The notes under the pieces were generated by a model, which was not told where the DNA came from, ran no database searches, and was given only the letters and a program-made list of their open reading frames with translations. From Chitinophagales bacterium (GTDB lineage Bacteria > Bacteroidota > Bacteroidia > Chitinophagales > CAIODY01), in contig CANFST010000008.1 in NCBI GenBank assembly GCA_947449695.1, positions 862 to 64,861 on the forward strand: a stretch of DNA of 64,000 nucleotides, written 5' to 3'. This document shows, one piece after another, positions 57,701-64,000 of this stretch (the first letter of the stretch is position 1; each line of letters opens with the position of its first letter). Position numbers and translations under genes: made by a program.

Positions 57701-59246
57701 CTTTATCTTTCAGTTTTACCAAATGTTTAGATTCATCGTAGAAAATAAATCCTTCTTCTGTCAAATTGTAAAGTGTACGTTTAATGACACTTTCATCATA
57801 ACCTGTACTCATTTGTTTGGCAATTACATCAGCGTCAACTTCTTTCACTTTATTTTTTTCGCAATACAGTTTAATAACTTCTATTGGATTAAAATCTGCC
57901 ACATTGGTATACTTTTCCATTCTGCCATCTTCATAATAATTGAATGATTCAAATGTGGAAGGCAATTTGCCATTGGCTGAGAGTTGCGCTAAAATAATTT
58001 TATTGCTATCGAGTGGCCATAGTATGGCTTCACAGCTCAATTCGCATTGATGATAGGCATCGCTGAAAGCAATTTTTGTGATACCCATATCACCTCGTTC
58101 TAATTTTAAAACTCTTTTAACAATCGAAAAATTCATTTGGCAGCCGGGATGATAAATTGAATCAGCACCCATAAAAATTTTCGACTCGGCATTAGTTGAT
58201 AAAATTTCAATTCCTTTACGAATAAAAAATTGATTAGAATTGGCAATTGCAACTAATTGACTTTTGTTGTTGAAAAATTTCACCTCTGCAGGCTTACCAC
58301 TTACGCCAGTACCCAACACGTTGAAGCCAGCTATGCCAAAGCCACCACTATATTTCACACCTTTCGAAATATCTTTTAGGTCATAATATCCAGTTGAAGA
58401 AAACTTTGGATAGCCATTACTAAAAGTACCTGCCTTACGTGTATTTAATCTGTCGATTAGTTTACCATAAACTATGGTATTAAAATATAATTTATGAGTC
58501 AATTTTACTGAATCAACATTTAATTCAGCTTTAATTGCATCGATGCTGAATTTGCCATAAGTTGCATAAACTGAATCAGGCGATAAGCCTGCTTTTTCCC
58601 AAGTTGTTGTGCCGCTGGGTGCAATCCATTTTTCTTTAGCAATAAGCCAAACTCCTGAAGGACATTGTGTTTTGATTGTATCACCCGAACCAGTAATGAT
58701 GAAGGTGCATTTACCAAAAGTCAACTTTGGTTCTTTATCAAAAATCAATTCAAATCCTTCTGATTCGCAGAACCATTTTCTATCGCCATTTTCTTTAAAA
58801 ATATTTTTTGCAAAAAATACTTTTGAAAAATCCATGAATGATAAATAGTCTTTTTGAGAACCATTTTTTTGGGATTTTATAACATCAGGAATCATAGCAT
58901 TCCATTTTGAAAATAAGCCGGCATCGCCTTTTTGAGAAGTGTAAGCGATAATTGCATCAAGGTAATTGAAGAATTGTAAAGGTCGATATTTTAAGCCTGC
59001 CATATAATTACAATTAACCGCTACCTCCAAAATTTGCTCTTGCGATAATCCATGATTTTTTTCGATGGAGGTTTCCCATTCGTCCATCAATTTTTTGTAT
59101 TGCTCCATTTTGCTTTCAGTCATAAACTTTTTTAATTGCTTATGAAATTCTTCCACATTGGTGGTTGAAAATTGCTCTGTTGTTGGTTTTTGAGCGTTTG
59201 CTAAAAAAGGAATAATTAAAATTAAACTAAAAAATATTTTACGCAT
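54753..59246 (-). CDS. Very large (1497 aa) secreted protein of unknown function
   Basis: An uninterrupted ORF with signal peptide MRKIFFSLILIIPFLANAQ. It has no TM helices, no T9SS CTD, no obvious internal repeats and no catalytic motif I can recognise. It is 8 nt downstream of tpiA on the same strand. Confidence 0.6.
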   Translation of the reverse strand: MRKIFFSLILIIPFLANAQKPTTEQFSTTNVEEFHKQLKKFMTESKMEQYKKLMDEWETSIEKNHGLSQEQILEVAVNCNYMAGLKYRPLQFFNYLDAIIAYTSQKGDAGLFSKWNAMIPDVIKSQKNGSQKDYLSFMDFSKVFFAKNIFKENGDRKWFCESEGFELIFDKEPKLTFGKCTFIITGSGDTIKTQCPSGVWLIAKEKWIAPSGTTTWEKAGLSPDSVYATYGKFSIDAIKAELNVDSVKLTHKLYFNTIVYGKLIDRLNTRKAGTFSNGYPKFSSTGYYDLKDISKGVKYSGGFGIAGFNVLGTGVSGKPAEVKFFNNKSQLVAIANSNQFFIRKGIEILSTNAESKIFMGADSIYHPGCQMNFSIVKRVLKLERGDMGITKIAFSDAYHQCELSCEAILWPLDSNKIILAQLSANGKLPSTFESFNYYEDGRMEKYTNVADFNPIEVIKLYCEKNKVKEVDADVIAKQMSTGYDESVIKRTLYNLTEEGFIFYDESKHLVKLKDKAIMYVKAKQKTTDYDNIKINSLSTDGQSAKIDLGNKNIAIEGVKSFNLSDSNQVSIFPLRGKLTMKQNRDMDFKGGMFGGRLDFKGKDFAFNYKEFKVGMKKADSMLINIPTGKLQQDGHEELIPTKTYICDLNADLMIDGPFNKSSRTKLPQYPKLITTDNSFAYYHDEKIQHGAYTRSKFYFKLDKFEMDSLNAFSKNSIHFPGTLISGGIFPDFGEELRLQKDLSLGFQTTTPEGGFEIYSGKGTYKGAIALSNAGLLGDGEFGFMANKQMAKNILFTPDSLNAKVEIFTQSATDAPIPFPETFNKNVKTHWMPNADRMEVKMDSTPFQLFGNLAKLKGSLIISSKGMNGNGILDWPEATLHSTSMHFGKKNVDSDTSDIKIKTSDGNIAVTSPNVHAKIDFEKRVGDFTSNEEDKSADFIYNQYTTSINQFHWDMDKKTIDFTNPSAHQTAFFISQNQEQKGLTFTGKSAQYNLSNYELTVQGIPYINSGDALITPDSGLVYIEPKAEMKILKNAKIVCDSNKQYHKIYDATVKIFSKDNYLATNAKYDFYNKITGKQILQVDTLTMSEYKNKIRSVGFSNIKEENNFALNQKMNFKGYFRFNAKEKNPSLNGFAKLKLKSTTIPTEWFTLNSVIKADSGTFDVTDAKNEKGDKVFFGILKSSFDSLGVYPAIFASTSTPTDFPIFVPQGTLEYNATTNDLTYGLGTKIRGESNRGDFVRFNDNTNKLYCDGKFSLGYNFQGMQVNLSGNATYDLNKNNVVMNACLGLKIDFSADLYAMMIKELMDNTADKESIDFSKNISFYEKAFSEIWTNHEVKKALKPVKESMNPDAAPVDGPPKLDAPKKTGFNILFTDVKLMYDPFTASWKASCPVGLINVGDYYFGKKIHAYMEFGGKHGDDFFNIIFETSEVDWYCFMFRGHILQMMSSNDAFNESINKIVPEKRKVTIDAAKPTEFYQYQVGSDSRVKQFKANMKLMRY

Positions 59247-59254
59247 AGTCTGAA

Positions 59255-60013
59255 TTAAATACTTTGAATGATTGAAATAAAATCTTTTGCTTTTAGCGAT
59301 GCACCTCCTATTAAACCTCCATCAACATCTGGTTGGCTGAAAATGGATTTAGCATTATCTGGCTTGCAACTGCCTCCATATAAAATTGAAATAGAGTTGG
59401 CTGTAACTTGATCGTATTTTTCTGAAATGGTTTCGCGAATAAATTGATGCATTTGCTGAGCCTGTTCTGCTGAAGCATTTAAGCCTGACCCAATTGCCCA
59501 AATTGGTTCGTATGCAATTACACAATTCAAAATTTGTTTGGCTGACAAATGCAATAAACTTTTTTCTAATTGTATTCTTACGAAATCTTCTTGTTTTTGT
59601 TCCTGCCTAATTGTTAATGATTCGCCACAACAAAAAATAGGAGTGAGGTCTGCTTGCAACAAAGCTTCAATTTTTTCCTTTAAAAACTCAGCCGATTCAT
59701 AAAAAAGATCTCTACGTTCTGAATGACCAACTAATACATATTTCACATCTACTGATTTCAGCATTTCAGTCGAAATTTCGCCTGTATATGCTCCATTCAT
59801 TTTGGGATAAACATTTTGGGCACCTAAAAAAATATTTTTTTGTCCTGAAATTATTTTTTCAATAGATGCTAATGCTATGAAAGATGGAATTAAAACTACA
59901 ACAGCTTCATTATTAATGCTTGCTAATTGTTCGGTAATTTCTTCAGCTAATTGAATGCTTTGCCCCAAAGCATTATTCATTTTCCAATTACCAGCCACTA
60001 TTTTTTTGCGCAT
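59255..60013 (-). CDS. tpiA: Triose-phosphate isomerase
   Basis: MRKKIVAGNWKMN, VGHSERR, AYEPIWAIGSG and GGASLK are present. Start taken at Met9 of the track ORF. Confidence 0.9.
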   Translation of the reverse strand: MRKKIVAGNWKMNNALGQSIQLAEEITEQLASINNEAVVVLIPSFIALASIEKIISGQKNIFLGAQNVYPKMNGAYTGEISTEMLKSVDVKYVLVGHSERRDLFYESAEFLKEKIEALLQADLTPIFCCGESLTIRQEQKQEDFVRIQLEKSLLHLSAKQILNCVIAYEPIWAIGSGLNASAEQAQQMHQFIRETISEKYDQVTANSISILYGGSCKPDNAKSIFSQPDVDGGLIGGASLKAKDFISIIQSI

Positions 60014-60349
60014 GATCAAGTATTTTATCAGTTCCAAACCTACTGCATATTTTTTATTGATTGTAAAAAGGGTTTCAACACTTCATTGTGGGCAGCCAAA
60101 GGCTATTTTAAATTCATTTTCAGTTATTTTAACCATCGTTTTACGTGAAATTGTGTAGAAAAATTATTCTGCTTTGCAACAACTTTGCATTGAAAGTTGT
60201 CTAAAGGGAAATGGTTGAGGAAACAAATTCTTTTTTTCACCGTAAAAAAGAATTGCAGAATTAAAAAAATCAGTTTAATTTTATCTGCTGAAAGCCACAA
60301 ATCAAATTACCTTAAAACTAAATTATCATTAACTGAAAACAATTGTAGT

Positions 60350-61375
60350 ATGAAAAAAATTCTACTTAGCTTAACCACATTATTAGTAATGTTTGCTGGC
60401 GCAAATGCACAAGACATTCACTTTTCTCAATTTTATTCATCGCCTTTAACGCTCAATCCGGCAGCAACAGGTTTAATTGCTTCTAAATACAGAGTGGCTG
60501 CTAACTACCGTGATCAGTGGGCAAGTATTTCGGCGCCGTTTCGTACTATTAGCGCATCATTTGATTTACCGTTTCTTTATAAACAAATGAATAAAAACTA
60601 TTTTGGTGCTGGTATCATTGTTTTTTCAGATAAATCTGGAACAGGTGATTTGGCAAACCAAAGTATCTATTTGTCATTGGCTTATCATCAAAAAATTGGT
60701 AATCCACGTCATCCAAAACATTATTTGTCAGTTGGTGCACAGGCTGGTTACGTGCAAAAAAGTGTTAATATCAATAAATTAGTTTTTGCTAATCAGTATG
60801 ACCCAAACACAAAATTGTTTTCAAAAATTAGCACCGAGTCTTTTAATGCCGCTTCTACATTTGGTTATGCTGATTTTAATCTGGGTGCCATGTGGTCATC
60901 TTACATTAGCGAAATGTTCAGTATTTATGGTGGAGCAACAATTCATCATTTAACTAAACCGAAGGAATCTTTTTTGGTAATTAACTCAACAAATGTTTTG
61001 AATAATTTAGCTACTTTTCATGTAGGTGCAAAAATTGGTATCAACGATATTGTTTATTTAAGCCCATCATTATTATATATGGCTCAATCTCAGGCTAACG
61101 AATTTACTTTAGGTTCTTCGATAGGATTCCAGGTAAATGATAATCCAAAAGAACCAACTGCTTTTTATGCCGGCGCTTACTATCGCTTGGGTGATGCTGC
61201 AGTGGCTTTGGTTGGGTTTGAAACCAAATTAACTCGTGTTGGGTTTAGCTATGATTTTAATCTATCCAGCTTACACAATGCTTCTCATTACAGTGGTGGT
61301 TTTGAAATGTCATTAGTTCATGAAGGTAATCCATCTACTTCTCCACGTAAAGTAATCTACTGCCCACGTTTTTAA
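60350..61375 (+). CDS. PorP/SprF-family type IX secretion system membrane protein
   Basis: Signal peptide MKKILLSLTTLLVMFAGANAQ is followed by the family hallmark DIHFSQFYSSPLTLNPAATG. The body is a ~320-aa beta-barrel-like region ending CPRF. Start at Met52 of the track ORF. Confidence 0.75.
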   Translation: MKKILLSLTTLLVMFAGANAQDIHFSQFYSSPLTLNPAATGLIASKYRVAANYRDQWASISAPFRTISASFDLPFLYKQMNKNYFGAGIIVFSDKSGTGDLANQSIYLSLAYHQKIGNPRHPKHYLSVGAQAGYVQKSVNINKLVFANQYDPNTKLFSKISTESFNAASTFGYADFNLGAMWSSYISEMFSIYGGATIHHLTKPKESFLVINSTNVLNNLATFHVGAKIGINDIVYLSPSLLYMAQSQANEFTLGSSIGFQVNDNPKEPTAFYAGAYYRLGDAAVALVGFETKLTRVGFSYDFNLSSLHNASHYSGGFEMSLVHEGNPSTSPRKVIYCPRF

Positions 61376-61458
61376 TTTAGCTTTATTAAATTTTTATCTC
61401 CTTGAAGTATTATTTTTGGTGAATCAAAAATTTCAAAAAAATATTATTTTTTGCTCTG

Positions 61459-62823
61459 TTGCTGCATCAAATTGATTTCGTAGAAGCACAGCAGCATCGA
61501 ACCCGAATTCTTTTTCTATTGGATGCGTCAGGCAGCATGACAGAAAAATTAGGCAAACAATCAAGATTTGAAACTGCACAAAATTTATTATTTAGTTTAG
61601 CAGATAGCTTGAGTAAAAGCAAAGCCAACATTGAATTTGGCATTCGTGTTTTTGGGCATCAATACCCTAATAAGTCACATAATTGTGAAGACAGTAAATT
61701 AGAAATTCCATTTGGAAAAAATAATGCTCAAACCATTAATTACAGGCTAAAACAAATTCATCCTCAAGGCTATACACCTATTGCTTACAGTATTTTTAAA
61801 GCTGCCGAACAAGATTTTCCGAATGCCATAAACACTGCTGATGAAACTTTGAACGCAATAGTTTTAATTACAGATGGTGTGGAAACCTGCGATGGCGACC
61901 CTTGTGCCGCTGCATTGCTATTAGAGAAAAAAAGAATTTCGCTCAAACCATTTATCATTGGTTTGGGATTAAAAGATTCTTTTATCAAAAAATTTAGTTG
62001 TGTTGGTACTTATTTCGATGCCAAAACTGAAGAGGGATTTCGATTGATTTTGAAATCAGTGGTTTCGCAAATTATGAGTACCACAACTGTACAAGTAAAT
62101 TTAATTAATCAAAAAGGTGAAGCTAATGAAACAAATGTGGAGCTTACGTTTGCTGATAGTTATTCTCACTTGTTGAAATATTCTTTTGTTCATTCTTTAA
62201 ATTCTCAAGGTATTGCAGATACTTTAAAATTAGACCCCATTGGTAAATATGATTTAACTATTCATACTATGCCACCAGTTTCAAAAAATAATATTTCACT
62301 CGATCCTGGCAGGCATAATATTATTGCAGCTGATGTGCCGCAAGGTAATTTACAATTAACTTTAAGCGGCAGCCCAACCCCACAAGCCACTTCAACTCCA
62401 CCAACCTGTATAATTAGGCAAGTAAATAAAACTGATATAGTTAATGTACAGGATTTTGGATCAATGAACCGATATTTAATAGGTGAATACGATTTAGAAA
62501 TTTTGTGTTTGCCTAAAGTTGAGATGAGAGGAGTGTTAATAAAGGCAGATGAAACCAAAATAATTTCTTTGCCAGCCGCAGGTACGCTTACTGTTTTTTT
62601 TGAAGATGGGGGATTGGCAAGCGTTTATAATACTGAATTAAATCGGTGGAGAAAAGTTTTTGACTGGGGGCAAATTACACCTAATAGCTATGATTTGAAT
62701 TTGCAACCTGGTGAATATGATTTGGTTTATTTTCCAAATAATAAACGTGCAAGTGAATACACCCAAACCAAACATTTTAAAATTCAAACAGGGAAAATTA
62801 TACAATTAAGTTTTAGAAAATAA
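61459..62823 (+). CDS. von Willebrand factor A (VWA) domain protein with a beta-rich C-terminal region
   Basis: MIDAS motif ILFLLDASGSM, GYTPIAYS and IVLITDGVETCDG. The track start is TTG at 61459, but the frame stays open back to 61423 and encodes a signal-peptide-like KNFKKILFFALLL (see findings). Confidence 0.7.
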   Translation: MLHQIDFVEAQQHRTRILFLLDASGSMTEKLGKQSRFETAQNLLFSLADSLSKSKANIEFGIRVFGHQYPNKSHNCEDSKLEIPFGKNNAQTINYRLKQIHPQGYTPIAYSIFKAAEQDFPNAINTADETLNAIVLITDGVETCDGDPCAAALLLEKKRISLKPFIIGLGLKDSFIKKFSCVGTYFDAKTEEGFRLILKSVVSQIMSTTTVQVNLINQKGEANETNVELTFADSYSHLLKYSFVHSLNSQGIADTLKLDPIGKYDLTIHTMPPVSKNNISLDPGRHNIIAADVPQGNLQLTLSGSPTPQATSTPPTCIIRQVNKTDIVNVQDFGSMNRYLIGEYDLEILCLPKVEMRGVLIKADETKIISLPAAGTLTVFFEDGGLASVYNTELNRWRKVFDWGQITPNSYDLNLQPGEYDLVYFPNNKRASEYTQTKHFKIQTGKIIQLSFRK

Positions 62824-62834
62824 TTTTTTGGTTG

Positions 62835-64000
62835 TTAGAATTCCCATCTAACTTGCACTCTCACATCAGTTTTATGATTGTTGTTGATTTGGTCTAAGCC
62901 GCTACCATTGCTGGTTTGAAATGGATAATCTGTTTCGCCGATTCGTAACCAGATGTCAATATTTTTAAAGAATTTATATCTCAACATCAAATAGCAATGT
63001 GCCCCTTTGCCATAAAATGCTGGCACAGTAAAACTTCCGGGTACATCATGTTCGATGGCATAAACTCGAGTGTTGTATGAATCGGTATTAAATAAAGCCA
63101 GCCGAAAACCAATATCATAGGGTTTTCGCGATGGATTGTATACCACATCTTGAAAAATCAAAAAACCATTTTCAACTTTATTATCGCCTAATTGATATTG
63201 TACCCACTCTAATCTGTTGCATAAACTAATTACATCTGTTGGCTTGTAAGCTGCATTAAATCTAAGGTGTTGAGTGTTTTCATTCCACAATGGCAACAAC
63301 GCATCAACTACCGGAGATTGATTTGTTTGCTTCGATTTGAATTGATAACGCAAATAAATAGAAGTGTTTTTGTCAAACTGATAAGTGCCTTGTGCTAAAT
63401 AATCAAAGCCATGCGAAGGTGCATCAGCAGTAAATTTCAACCAAGGAAATTGAAAGTAATCGGCATAAGCAGTAATAGAAATTTTGGAAAACGGACGGGC
63501 AACAAATCCTGTATAAAAACCATTTTCGTTTGTTGGTGTAGTGCTTTCGCCAAAGCCTAAGGAATACAGCGAAAAATAACCAGGCTGATAATTTCGATAA
63601 AGAAAAACTGCGTCAAGTTTAGCATTCAGGCTGGCGATTAAGCCGTGAACGGTTGCGTATTTTTTCAAATCGTTAAATGCACCTTCACCAAAAAAATTAA
63701 GATTGCGAAATACAAAACTATAGTCTGCACTCATCACATTCCATTGTTTTCCTGTAAAATCATAAAGGTTATATGGCTTATCAGATTTTTGAATAGGTAA
63801 ACCAAATTCTCCATGAATGCCGCTTGCGCCCATTTTTATGTTGTGTTTTTCGAACTGATAATGTGCGCCAGTGATGAAAAGCGATTGTGTGTTTTTGTCT
63901 TGAATTTCACTCAACGTGCGATGATAGCCTGATGTTTGTAAGGTTGAAATGCCATTATCTGATTGAACTGTGGAATCATTTTGCAACAAATTCCCGTCTA
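62835..64000 (-). CDS. Outer-membrane beta-barrel-like protein, C-terminal part (the gene continues past the right edge)
   Basis: Alternating Tyr/Phe-rich beta-strand pattern, ending with the OMP-type terminal VRVQVRWEF. The reading frame is still open at position 64000 upstream of the track TTG at 63989. Confidence 0.55.
   Translation of the reverse strand, partial: DGNLLQNDSTVQSDNGISTLQTSGYHRTLSEIQDKNTQSLFITGAHYQFEKHNIKMGASGIHGEFGLPIQKSDKPYNLYDFTGKQWNVMSADYSFVFRNLNFFGEGAFNDLKKYATVHGLIASLNAKLDAVFLYRNYQPGYFSLYSLGFGESTTPTNENGFYTGFVARPFSKISITAYADYFQFPWLKFTADAPSHGFDYLAQGTYQFDKNTSIYLRYQFKSKQTNQSPVVDALLPLWNENTQHLRFNAAYKPTDVISLCNRLEWVQYQLGDNKVENGFLIFQDVVYNPSRKPYDIGFRLALFNTDSYNTRVYAIEHDVPGSFTVPAFYGKGAHCYLMLRYKFFKNIDIWLRIGETDYPFQTSNGSGLDQINNNHKTDVRVQVRWEF

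Noticed and set aside
60179-60254. Two stem-loops upstream of the PorP/SprF gene: ACAACTTT/AAAGTTGT at 60179-60200 and an 11-bp AATTCTTTTTT/AAAAAAGAATT stem at 60226-60254
   Set aside because: Neither is followed by a T run on either strand, so they are not intrinsic terminators. The stems are A/T-dominated and could arise by chance. I recognise no riboswitch consensus.
1-64000. A search of the whole window for mobile elements, defence systems, CRISPR arrays, rRNA, tRNA and other structured RNA genes
   Set aside because: I saw no transposase, integrase, recombinase, phage structural, nuclease-helicase, restriction-modification, toxin-antitoxin or reverse transcriptase signature in any of the listed ORFs. 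I saw no spaced direct repeats. The intergenic regions are short, AT-rich and lack GC-rich structured segments. This is a by-eye assessment, and covariance-model scans (tRNAscan, Infernal) would be needed to be definitive.

Overview
This is an AT-rich chromosomal segment (roughly one-third G+C by eye, not computed), almost certainly from a member of the Bacteroidota. Three proteins end in type-A T9SS C-terminal sorting domains (CTDs) and one ends in a type-B (gliding-motility-associated) CTD. The T9SS sortase PorU and a PorP/SprF-family protein are also encoded, and several genes carry the Bacteroidota TAnnTTTG -7 promoter box. I count about 45 tightly packed protein-coding genes on both strands. 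They include housekeeping genes: aroK, an isolated nuoN, ispG, tpiA, a LutA-like Fe-S protein, MoeB/ThiF-rhodanese and a truncated cysteine synthase at the left edge. Envelope and efflux genes are M48, M28 and M23 peptidases, bactofilin, MlaD, an AsmA-like protein, OmpA, MgtC, an ABC exporter and a TolC-adaptor-FtsX-ATPase operon. Regulatory genes are an orphan histidine kinase and an ECF sigma/anti-sigma pair. There are also several very large secreted surface proteins. I found no rRNA, tRNA, CRISPR array, transposase, integrase, prophage or recognisable defence gene. I do not see a clear-cut new system. The candidates most worth a second look are: (1) a methyltransferase / GT2 / GT-C-with-TPR operon (34858-38382) that looks like a lipid-carrier-dependent periplasmic glycosylation module with TMTC-like architecture; (2) a 1497-aa secreted protein with no motif I recognise (54753-59246); (3) an orphan kinase abutting an ECF sigma/anti-sigma pair, next to a T9SS cargo gene; (4) a PorP/SprF-VWA pair; (5) two low-complexity His-rich secreted proteins; (6) an isolated nuoN next to a decayed T9SS CTD remnant, a possible rearrangement scar. 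All functional calls rest on motif recognition by eye, because no database search was possible. Hand-located motif coordinates may be off by 1-2 nt.
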